From assembly GCA_001735895.1 (NCBI GenBank), contig DS021198.1, positions 478,340-542,339 of the forward strand: 64,000 nt of DNA. Reading direction: 5' to 3'. Below are positions 51,754 through 60,807 of this stretch, in pieces; the stretch's first letter is position 1; every line of letters begins with the position of its first letter. Source of the stretch: Olavius algarvensis Gamma 3 endosymbiont. GTDB taxonomy: Bacteria; Pseudomonadota; Gammaproteobacteria; GCA-001735895. A program made the position numbers and the translations under genes. A model generated the notes under the pieces. It was given only the letters and a program-made list of their open reading frames with translations, had not been told where the DNA came from and searched no databases.

Positions 51754-52943
51754 CCCCGCTTGCGCGCACTGCTGTCCGGAATAAATCATAATGCCAACTG
51801 TGCTTGATGTATTTGGAAATCGGATTTCCATTTTCGTCGTCGTTTAAGTACTTCGAATTCGAGTCTGGGTCGCTGGAATAGAGTCGATTTGAGTTCCGCC
51901 AGCCACAGATAAAAACCGCGTCTCGATCCACAAAGTTGCCGGTATAGATCGGCGATGAGATACGTGATCAATGCCACCAGTATCTGGATTTTGACCGCAT
52001 TCTCGCTTTGACCGAGAAACTTTTTGATTTTCAGGTTCTGCTTGAACCGGGACCCCCATCAGGTTGGTTACCAGTACCAGCGGGTCCACATGATCCTCTC
52101 GATGCACCACTATTCGCCGCAACGGTTTGACGTAGTTGTTTTTCCGGCCGCCGCCAGGCCATTTGTTTTTAAACTCAATGACCTCATCCGACAGTATATC
52201 TCCTTCGGTCGAGCGGCTTTTGAGCACCCCGATCGATGCGTTACGCTTTAACCGGGTCACAAAGAAAGCACCCTCCTGGTCGATTTGATGCCACCAATTG
52301 TAATCGCAATATCCCTTATCAAACACATACTTAGCGCCCTTCTCGATTTCAACATTGCGTCCATACTCAATATCGTTCTGGGTCGATGCCGTGATCCGAG
52401 CGTCACAAGGCAACTGCTTGTCGGGGGAATACAGCAGGTGAATCTTCAGGCCCGGAATGCGTGACATACTACGCGCTTGCGTCCACTCATAACCCCGGCC
52501 GCGCAGACAGATCGGCGTCGAGTCCAACAGATAGAGCAAGTCCTTTATCTCATTGCGTACTCGCCGATGAGCCCGGCCCATCAGCTGCTGGCAGAATGAT
52601 TCAAATACCCCGGCATCTCGTTGGCGATTGGCATCCGATAAAGTCGAGCGCTTAATCGGACCGCAGCCCAGGTGATAGTGATGCGCGGAATGACTATTGT
52701 AGCTCACCTCCAACTCGCGCAAGCTCCGACAACCGGACAATTGAGCATACATCAGACACGCAGCGTTTGAAAGTATTTTTAGGAAGGACTTTCAAAAGTT
52801 CGCCAAATCGGGTATTTGTATACATGTTGCAGTGTCCTGAAATTAAGTTGTCGCTTATGGTTTTATTCGTAAAACCCGGGCACTGCAACACTTTCAAATA
52901 CACCAACTTAATTTATTCCGGACAGCAGTGCGCGTAAGCGGGG
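51754..52943 (-). mobile_element. decayed IS4-family-like insertion sequence (~1.19 kb) with ~33-bp terminal inverted repeats
   Basis: CCCCGCTTGCGCGCACTGCTGTCCGGAATAAAT (51754-51786) matches the reverse complement of 52911-52943 (CCCCGCTTACGCGCACTGCTGTCCGGAATAAAT) with 1 mismatch. Encloses the transposase fragments. Confidence 0.8.
51786..52906 (-). pseudogene. IS4-family (DUF4372 + DDE_Tnp_1 type) transposase, in three frames with internal deletions
   Basis: N-terminal fragment 52694..52906 (NTRFGELLKVLPKNTFKRCV), core 51844..52752 (MYAQLSGCRSLRELE...YVFDKGYCDYNWW...) and C-terminal fragment 51786..51977 (ALITYLIADLY...). The usual RWxIE segment before FKQNLKIKKFLG is absent. Confidence 0.75.
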
Positions 52944-53062
52944 ATCTTAAAGCAGCAGCGAGGTGATTATCGACAGACTGCGATTCGGCGGGCCGCCGCT
53001 AACGCGGAGATGACGCTATCGAGCTTGGGTTGTCGCCTGTCGCGTCCGGCCTCAGAATTCGC

Positions 53063-53090
53063 TTGAAATCAATTCGGGGATAGGTATTAT
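53063..53090 (+). promoter_or_regulatory. candidate sigma-70 promoter for tRNA-Lys
   Basis: TTGAAA (53063-53068), a 16-nt spacer, then TATTAT (53085-53090), ~17 nt upstream of the mature tRNA 5' end. Confidence 0.5.
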
Positions 53091-53106
53091 TCCCCGTTCT
53101 TTCCGG

Positions 53107-53182
53107 GGGCCGTTAGCTCAGTTGGTAGAGCATCTGACTTTTAATCAGGTGGTCGAGCGTTCGAATCGCTCACGGCCCACCA
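53107..53182 (+). tRNA. tRNA-Lys (anticodon UUU)
   Basis: Manual cloverleaf: acceptor GGGCCGT/ACGGCCC, D stem GCTC/GAGC, anticodon arm TCTGA-CTTTTAA-TCAGG, T arm GAGCG-TTCGAAT-CGCTC, encoded CCA; 76 nt. Confidence 0.93.
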
Positions 53183-53618
53183 TTTTTCCCTAGTTACTAC
53201 TGCCTCGATCCTTCAGGTCGAATGCTTCAGCTCGCCCACCTGATTAAAAGTCAGATGCGGCGGAAGCGCATGGAAATTCGGCGAACTCGATAGCGTTCGA
53301 CAAATTTGCCGGGAGCAAATTTGGACGCCCGCAGGGCGGCCCCGCAGGCCGGCAAGGCCGGCCGGAGGGGTGCGGCACAAGGATGTGCCGCACAATCGCT
53401 CACGGCCCACCATTTTTTCTCTAGTTACTACCGCCACGATTCTTCGGGTCATATGCTTTAGCTCGCCCACCTGATTAAAAGTCAGATGCGAGCGGCCTGT
53501 ACACTGTTGCACGAGCGTTCGACAAATTCGCCTGGAGGCCGCACAATCGCTCACGGCCCACCATTTTTTCTCTAGTTACTATTGTCACGATTCTTCAGGT
53601 CGAATGCTTTAGCTCGCC
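53164..53618. repeat. array of tRNA-Lys-derived repeats (three copies of the tRNA 3' end plus a conserved trailer; two inverted anticodon-arm copies)
   Basis: AATCGCTCACGGCCCACCA occurs at 53164, 53394 and 53544, each followed by a similar TTTTT..CTAGTTACTA... trailer. CCACCTGATTAAAAGTCAGATGC (the reverse complement of the anticodon arm) is at 53236-53258 and 53467-53489. Confidence 0.85.
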
Positions 53619-54014
53619 AAGCTCCCGGTTGTATCGCCCCAGCCAACATATTGGCCTACGGAATACTGCGTCAAAAACGGGGGGTTTCATAATTCGGCAT
53701 AATGTTTATAATTGCGGTCCTGTGTGCAGGCCGCATTGCCGCTCTCGATACATCAGTGTTTACGGAGACAGCATGTGAGGCCCTGCAGGCGGAAGACTGG
53801 TAACAATAACTGACGAAGCGCGCATCGCATGCGCCAAACTTCGAAATAAATATCTTCCGTCATTACCAACCTGGGCTCTAGCATTAGACTTTGTCGAATT
53901 CACGGCAGTCTGGAACCTGGCGCAACGGCAGCGACTAGCATTATTAGTGTACCTATTGAATTACCCGGCGTTAAAGCTTGAGTTATTCCTACAACCATAA
54001 GAGGGTCAGTCAAA

Positions 54015-56450
54015 ATGAACACTAAGCTTGCTCGATATCTCTTACCCTTAGCCTTAATCTATTCGTCTACGCTGTTAGGGCACAGCGCAATGTTCCCGGA
54101 CAGTTTCATATTCGACGATTCCAATGAAGGCGAGCCGGCACAAATGATGCGCTCGCTGATGCGCGGGGAAGCTGCGGCCGCGGCGGCCACCGCCTGCGTC
54201 GGCGGTCAGGCCAACGGTTACCCCTGCAACAAGGTCGACTTTCAATCTTTCCTGGCGAAAGCCGACATGGGCGGCGGCTCCGCCAACCTGAACGATATCT
54301 GGGGATGGAACGACCCCCTGAACGGAGGCGAGTACGCCATTGTCGGGCGTGTCAACGGCACCTCTTTCGTCGACATAACAGACCCGGCCAACCCGGTATT
54401 TATGGGTTTTTTACCTTCGCATAACGGTGGCAGCGCTTCGTGGCGCGATATCAAGGTGTATAACGATCATGCGTTTATTGTTGCCGACGGCAGCGCAAAT
54501 AACACCCACGGTTTGCAGGTATTCGACCTCGGTACGCTCAGGGACATCACCACGCCGGGCGGCACACTGAGCGAAACCGCGCATCTCGGCGGTTTTGGGA
54601 ATGCGCACAATATAGCAGTCAACGAAGACACCGGTTACGCCTATATCGTCGGCAGCAACCAGTGCAGCGGCGGCCTCTATATGGTAAACGTCTCTAATCC
54701 GACTTCGCCTTCGTTTGCCGGCTGTTTTTCGTCCGACGGTTACACGCATGATACGCAATGCGTGGTTTACAACGGCCCGGACACGGACTATCTGGGACGC
54801 GAGATTTGTATCGGCTACAATGAAGACACCATCACGATCGTCGACGTGCAAAACAAATCGAACCCGGTGCAGATCGCGCGCCAGGGTTACAGCGGCTCCC
54901 AATATACGCACCAGGGCTGGTTCCTGGACGATAGCCACGAATTGCTGATCATGAACGACGAGCTGGACGAACAGCGCAATGGCATTAATACACCTCGTAT
55001 ATTTGGGACGTGCGCGATCTCGATAATCCGCAAGAGATCGGCCGTTACGTCGGACCGACGACGGCCATTGATCATAACCTCTACACCAAAGACAACCTGG
55101 TTTTTGAAACGAATTACCGCGCCGGGCTGAGAATCCTCTCGACCCTGGGTATCGCCAATGGCGAATTGCAGGAAGAGGCTTACTTCGACACCATTCCGGG
55201 TTCCGATAGCGCGCAGTTTTCCGGCACCTGGAGCAGCTACATTTACTTCGGCAGCGGCAATGTCGCGCTAAGCGACATCGGTAACGGATTGTTTGTGGTC
55301 ACCCCCCGACTATGCCGCGATCAACCAACCGCCGCCGCCGCCACCGCCGCCGCCCAGCGGCTGTTTCTACGAAGGGACCTTCGAAAACGACGCCGATGGC
55401 TGGAGCAGCGGCCCCGGCAATAGCTGTTCGACCGGAACCTTCGTGCGCGGCACGCCGACGGCAACGTCGAGTGGCGGCACTACCCTTCAAGTCGCGGGCG
55501 CCGATACGGGGACAGGGGCCTGGTTCACCGCGCCGAATACGGCAATCGGCACCAACGACGTCGATAATGGAACCTGTGAAACACTTTCGCCTATCGTTGA
55601 TGCGAGCGACGCTACCAATGCCGAGGTTTCGCTGGCTTATTTTCACGGCCAGCGGGACGCCGGCGACGATAGCGCCGATGGATTTAGCATCGAAATTTTG
55701 AATAACGGTGCGGTCGTGTCCACGCCGGTTAGTATCGGAGACCTGAGCAACAACGCCGCTTGGACCAATGTAACCGCGCTGGTGGCGAATCCCGGTGAAA
55801 TCCGGATTCGCGTACGGGCGAGCGACGCGCCGGGCGCCGGCGACATTGTCGAAGCCGGAATCGACCAGGTGCGCGTTTGCTCCACCGATGCCGGACCGCC
55901 ACCGCCGCCACCGCCGCCGCCAAGCTGCAGCGTCGAAGAAGGCTTCGAGGCCGGAGCCGGCGGCTGGTCGAATTCATCCGCATCGAGTTGCACCACCGGC
56001 GATTTTGTCAGCGCAACGCCTAGTGTGCAAAGCAACGGCAACGTCACCACCCAGGTTGGTGGCGCCAACAGCGGCAACAACGCCTATTTCACCGCCACCA
56101 ACTCCAGCGCCGGGCGCGACGATGTCGATGGCGGCAACTGTATTGCCAATTCGCCCACCTATTCGGTGAGCGAGAATTCGACGCTGTCGGTATCCTATTT
56201 CCACGGCCAGCGCGACAGCGGCGACGATGCGACGGATTTCTTCAACTTGGAGATGTCCCTCGATGGCGGCAATAATTTCACCTCCATCGCAAGTAATGGT
56301 GACTCGGCATCCAACGCCAGCTGGACGGACGCGAGCGCGCAGGTGCCGGCGGGATCGAATGTTGCGCTTCGAGTCCAATGTTCCGATGGCGCGTCGGCCG
56401 GCGACCTCGTAGAATGCGGCATTGACGATATTTCGATCTGTCCGAATTAA
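54015..56450 (+). pseudogene. large secreted choice-of-anchor-B/LVIVD-type beta-propeller protein with two C-terminal ~185-aa repeat domains; two frameshifts
   Basis: ORFs 54015..55130 (frame 0), 55010..55423 (frame 2) and 55293..56450 (frame 0) form one ~810-aa protein. Breaks are near 54989-54998 and at the C6 run 55302-55307. It has a signal peptide and propeller-like repeats (e.g. HNIAVNEDTGYAYIVG, ITIVDVQN). Confidence 0.7.
55329..55355 (+). repeat. (CCG/CCA)9 tract encoding a Pro9 linker
   Basis: CCGCCGCCGCCGCCACCGCCGCCGCCC. A second Pro9 tract is at 55896-55922. Each precedes one copy of the duplicated domain. Confidence 0.85.
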
Positions 56451-56514
56451 TTGCCCGCCGCATGGCCTGATTCGCGACGCACAGGGAGGTGCGTCGTCTA
56501 TATTCGGCAAGCTC

Positions 56515-57477
56515 ATGATCTACGATAATCTTAGATACCTGTCGATCATTGTCTTGTTGCCGGTTCTCGCCTTTGCTCAAACCAGCGGGCAAACGCCCTC
56601 CGCAACCGATTATTTTAACCAGGGGGTAGAAACTCTGGCGGCATCCAATTCGGCGCGGATTCTTGCCGACAAAGCCATTCTGGACGCGAATAAAAGGCGC
56701 AAGGAGATCGTATCCTTGCGGGCTCAAGCCAGGAAAGCCGCCGCGCCTGAAATTCGGCAAAATCTCAAACGCTCGGCCGATCGGCTGGCGCTGGAATTGA
56801 AGGCGCTGCAGACAAAAGGAATCGAATTTCGCGACACGAGTAAAACGACCTTCAAGGACGCGCTCAATTTATTCGAGCAAGGCATGGTGGATAAATGGGG
56901 TGCGCAAATTCGCAGCCGAAATCCGATTTTAATGGCGGACAGCACCAGTCTCTTTTTTGCGCACAATACAAAAATTCGTAGCGTGCATCCGAATATGCTG
57001 AACAAAATGGGCACGCCCACCGATGAAATAAACGATAGCGGTTTCCAGCGGGAAATGTCGCTTATAGTCCCCGCGCTGGCGCGGCAAACTGCGCCGCCGG
57101 ACCTGGACATCAGCTCGTTCCAAATTTCACGCGAGCAACGGTATTTTGCTCACATCGAAGTCAAGCCCGAACAGGGTTTTCAGTCGGGCGACGGCGATGC
57201 GCTGTTGGTGCCGCCGAACAATATTCACAAATGGTTGCTCCTGCTCAACGATTTGCAGGGCGAACCGGTGACCGGTGCGAATATCGAGATCGTCGGGCAT
57301 ATGCCGGGCCACGTCCATGGACTGCCGACGCAGCCCCGTGTCACCCGCGAACTTTCACCCGGCGTCTATCTGGTCGAGGGGGTAAAATTCCAGATGAAGG
57401 GATGGTGGGTCATGCAGTTCAACCTGGAGGGAAAGGATAACAACAGCGATTCAATCACGTTTAATCTGGTGTTGTAG
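56515..57477 (+). CDS. hypothetical periplasmic protein with His-rich C-terminal beta-sandwich-like (YtkA/FixH-like) region
   Basis: ATG 56515 gives the signal peptide MIYDNLRYLSIIVLLPVLAFA-Q. C-terminal IVGHMPGHVHGLP...KGWWVMQFNL. The stop overlaps the next gene's GTG. Confidence 0.55.
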   Translation: MIYDNLRYLSIIVLLPVLAFAQTSGQTPSATDYFNQGVETLAASNSARILADKAILDANKRRKEIVSLRAQARKAAAPEIRQNLKRSADRLALELKALQTKGIEFRDTSKTTFKDALNLFEQGMVDKWGAQIRSRNPILMADSTSLFFAHNTKIRSVHPNMLNKMGTPTDEINDSGFQREMSLIVPALARQTAPPDLDISSFQISREQRYFAHIEVKPEQGFQSGDGDALLVPPNNIHKWLLLLNDLQGEPVTGANIEIVGHMPGHVHGLPTQPRVTRELSPGVYLVEGVKFQMKGWWVMQFNLEGKDNNSDSITFNLVL

Positions 57478-58793
57478 TGCGATTGTCGGTGCCAATCATC
57501 CAGCTAAAGTTGTTTCGAATTCTAACGGCGATTGCGCTGACGGGCTGGCAGTGTCCGGCATTGTCGGCCAGCGAGACCGATGCCTATGCGTTTACCGCGG
57601 CCGATATCGTCTTTCTTAAAACCTTTTCCCTGAGTTCATTACCGCCGCCGCCACTCGCCCCGAGCAATAGCTACGCAAATAATATTCGCGCCGCGAAACT
57701 GGGTAAATCGCTGTTCTTCGATCTAGGTTTGAGTAAAGGGGAAAAGTTTTCCTGCGCCAGTTGTCACCAACCGCAACAATACTTTACCGACGGGCTGGCG
57801 AGGGCTCGCGCGCACGGGACCGCGCGCAGAAGCACCCCGACTTTGCTGGGCGCTGCATGGAGCCCGTGGCAGTACTGGGACGGACGCAAGGATAGCTTAT
57901 GGAGTCAGGCACTGGGGCCAATTGAACATCCCGGCGAAATGGCCCTGGACCGAACCTCTTTTGCGAAAATACTGTTGCAACGCTATGGTGACGAGTATCG
58001 GGGGCTGTTCGGTAACACACCCGATTTATCAGCGCCGCAAAAACAAGCTAGCCCGCTTGGCGATGCGGCGGCAATAGAGAACTGGGAAAGCTTGAGCGAT
58101 CGGTCCCGGCGGCAAATTAACCGGGTTTTCGTCAACGCGGGCAAAGCCCTGATGGCGTATCAGCGGCAGTTGCGCTTACCGCGCGCCAGATTCGATCGCT
58201 TTGTCGACAGCTTGGCGCGAACCCAGGGCGAGAAAGACGCCCGGACGGAGCTGGCCTCGATACTTAGTCAAGCCGAGGTCGAGGGTATGCGCCTTTTTAT
58301 GGGCAAAGCCAATTGCGCCAGTTGTCACAACGGGCCGCTTTTTACCAATTTTGAATTTCATAATATCGGCGCTCCTGAACCCGACCCGGAACGGGTTGAT
58401 CTCGGCCGATACTCGGGGGTGCAAACCCTTGCCGCCGATGAATTCACTTGCCTCTCCGAGTGGAGCGATGCCGGCCCGACGCAGTGCGAAGAAATGCGTT
58501 TTTTGAAACGCGCCGGCGCCGAGCTGGTTGGCGCCTTTAAAACGCCGACACTGCGCAACGTTGCCGCAACCGCGCCCTATATGCAGGCCGGTCAGCTCGA
58601 CGATCTGGCCGCGGTGTTAAACCACTACAATGTTCCAAAACCGCCGCTTTACGACCGCGAGCAGCACCCCAATCGACCCCATTTCGATATTCTACCGCTC
58701 AAGCTCGACGACACCGAAATGGCATCTATCGCGGCCTTTTTGGCGACCCTTACCTCACACTACCCCGAGGACGATATTTGGTGGAATCAATAA
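57477..58793 (+). CDS. di-haem cytochrome c peroxidase family protein (CcpA/MauG-like)
   Basis: Two CxxCH motifs (CASCHQP, CASCHNG), 438 aa, signal sequence. Confidence 0.85.
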   Translation: MRLSVPIIQLKLFRILTAIALTGWQCPALSASETDAYAFTAADIVFLKTFSLSSLPPPPLAPSNSYANNIRAAKLGKSLFFDLGLSKGEKFSCASCHQPQQYFTDGLARARAHGTARRSTPTLLGAAWSPWQYWDGRKDSLWSQALGPIEHPGEMALDRTSFAKILLQRYGDEYRGLFGNTPDLSAPQKQASPLGDAAAIENWESLSDRSRRQINRVFVNAGKALMAYQRQLRLPRARFDRFVDSLARTQGEKDARTELASILSQAEVEGMRLFMGKANCASCHNGPLFTNFEFHNIGAPEPDPERVDLGRYSGVQTLAADEFTCLSEWSDAGPTQCEEMRFLKRAGAELVGAFKTPTLRNVAATAPYMQAGQLDDLAAVLNHYNVPKPPLYDREQHPNRPHFDILPLKLDDTEMASIAAFLATLTSHYPEDDIWWNQ

Positions 58794-58821
58794 GGCATGG
58801 TTTTTACGAGTCGCTGCCGGT

Positions 58822-60807
58822 CTACAGTACGGCGGCAGATGGTTCCTGGTTTTGCCGCCAACTAGGAGCTTCGCTGCTCCTGCCATCGTCTGTAATTACG
58901 GCCGTGGCAGCGTTTTCCAGACTGAAAAAGGCGATCGACTCACGTAGTTGGCCGACTTGACCGGTCAACTGTTCGGAGGTCGAAGCAAGTTCCTCGGAAG
59001 AGGCTGCCGAATGCTGCGCCACCTGGTCGAGTTGTTGCAATGCCTGGTTGATTTCACTTGCCCCGGAATCCTGTTCACGCGCGGCAACGCTGATTTCCTG
59101 CACCAGTTCCGCGGTTTTCTCAATATCGGGAACCAATTGCTCCAGCAACTGACCGGCCGTTTCCGCAACCACGACGGTATTGCTTGAACTTTCGGCGATT
59201 TCGCTCGCCGCCTTTTGGCTGCGCTCCGCCAGTTTACGCACCTCGGAGGCGACTACGGCAAAGCCTTTGCCATGTTCACCCGCGCGGGCTGCCTCGATGG
59301 CGGCATTGAGTGCGAGGAGGTTGGTTTGATTCGAAATTTCCTCGATTATCGAAATATTCGAGGCAATTTCCCGCATCGCGGTTACCGCCTGCGATACCGC
59401 GCGGCCGCCCTCCTGCGCATCGGCGGCGGCTTTTAGCGAAATCTTCTCGGTCTCGGAAGCATTGCTAGCGCTTTGTCGAATGGTTCCCACCATTTCCTCC
59501 ATGGAAGACGAAATCTGCTCCAGCGAAGCCGCCTGTTCAGATGCGCCCTGTGACAATTCCTGACCGGCATTGCTGACTTCCTGGCTGTTGTTGGCGATTG
59601 TAATGGTAACTTCCTGGACGCCGTTAACCACTTCGATGAGCTTGTGCGTCATGCCCCTCATGGCCGAGAAAATACCACTAGATTTCCCGCCATTACAGCT
59701 AAAATCGATGGTCAGATCCCCGTTGGAGATGCGATGGGTAATATCGGCCATTAATTGAGGTTCGGCCCCCAGCGTTTTCAACAGGTCGCGAACGATCCAC
59801 CAGCCGACGGCAAGCGCGAGTAAGAGTATGATCCCCGCGGTTATCGAGGCCGCATACAAATCCCTAGTGGAGGCGGCGAGCCGGTTTTTGGTTGATTGCA
59901 ACAATCCGGTGGCGATGAAGTCCTCGGTCGTCTTGAGTAAATTGATTTTGTCGGTGATGGTTTTAAACCAATGCAGCGCATCGACTCCAAAACCGCCTGC
60001 GGGTTTGTTGAACGCGATTTTACGCATGCGCTCAACATCCTCGACGCTGCTAGCGGCCATTGATTGCGCATAGAAGTCCTTCATCTCTGCGTTGGCCAGG
60101 GTCAGAAATGAATCGGCATAGGCTGCCTGTTCGGTAACCAGGTTGGAAAACCGAAGGTAGGCGCCGTCGCCGAAGGAATCCACGGCGAACGCGCTAGACA
60201 GAACCGCACGTTCAAGTCCCGCCCGTTCCTTGGATTGCAGAAAATTGATATAGGCAGCGGCCTGAGTGCTTATTTCCCCCTGAGCGGTCAATTTAGGCAT
60301 CAGGCCGATTATTCCGAGCAATTTGGCGTTCATGCCGGTGTAATAGCCAATCGCTTCCTTGGCTGGAATCGATAAGGCGGAAACGCCCTGGCGCGTCGAA
60401 GGGAGTTTATCCAGCAAACCCAGCCCTGCGGCCAGTTGTTGTCGCAGGTCCGCGGGGTATTTATTCTGATCGAAGCCCTCTAGCACGGAATTGAGTTCGA
60501 CCAGCTTGTCATCGGTTTCGCTGCGCTGCAGCGGAAGCTCGGATACGAACTTGCCGCCTCTGCTGGCGATAAAGCCGGCCGTCGCGCCACGCTCCTTTTG
60601 CAACTCGTGAATCAAAGCGCTAATACTGGTGCCAAGGATGGCCAGTTGGTTTACCTTACGGAGTTCCTCCTGCAATTTCAGATCTACCCGCAGCTCGAAT
60701 TGGGCAAAATAGATCATCCCCACAAGTGGGCCTAGCAACAAAACCATTAGCTTTGTTTTCAGGGTCATATCGTTTAACCAGTTCATGTCAATAATTTCTC
60801 TTTGCAA
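58822..60807 (-). CDS. methyl-accepting chemotaxis protein with NIT-like (nitrate/nitrite-sensing) periplasmic domain
   Basis: Periplasmic [16 protein letters not shown] (NIT-type signature), a second TM plus HAMP, and the signalling hairpin [41 protein letters not shown]. Confidence 0.85.
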   Translation of the reverse strand: MQREIIDMNWLNDMTLKTKLMVLLLGPLVGMIYFAQFELRVDLKLQEELRKVNQLAILGTSISALIHELQKERGATAGFIASRGGKFVSELPLQRSETDDKLVELNSVLEGFDQNKYPADLRQQLAAGLGLLDKLPSTRQGVSALSIPAKEAIGYYTGMNAKLLGIIGLMPKLTAQGEISTQAAAYINFLQSKERAGLERAVLSSAFAVDSFGDGAYLRFSNLVTEQAAYADSFLTLANAEMKDFYAQSMAASSVEDVERMRKIAFNKPAGGFGVDALHWFKTITDKINLLKTTEDFIATGLLQSTKNRLAASTRDLYAASITAGIILLLALAVGWWIVRDLLKTLGAEPQLMADITHRISNGDLTIDFSCNGGKSSGIFSAMRGMTHKLIEVVNGVQEVTITIANNSQEVSNAGQELSQGASEQAASLEQISSSMEEMVGTIRQSASNASETEKISLKAAADAQEGGRAVSQAVTAMREIASNISIIEEISNQTNLLALNAAIEAARAGEHGKGFAVVASEVRKLAERSQKAASEIAESSSNTVVVAETAGQLLEQLVPDIEKTAELVQEISVAAREQDSGASEINQALQQLDQVAQHSAASSEELASTSEQLTGQVGQLRESIAFFSLENAATAVITDDGRSSEAPSWRQNQEPSAAVL

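Noticed and set aside
53213-53554. 113-aa ORF on the minus strand downstream of tRNA-Lys.
   Set aside because: It is a translation of the tRNA-derived repeats (HLTFNQVGELKH appears twice) with GC-rich hairpin filler and no start context. I treat it as an artefact.
55329-55355. The CCG-repeat tracts as phase-variation (contingency) switches.
   Set aside because: They are triplet repeats, so slippage changes linker length but not the frame. The actual frame breaks are elsewhere (54989-54998 and the C6 run at 55302-55307).
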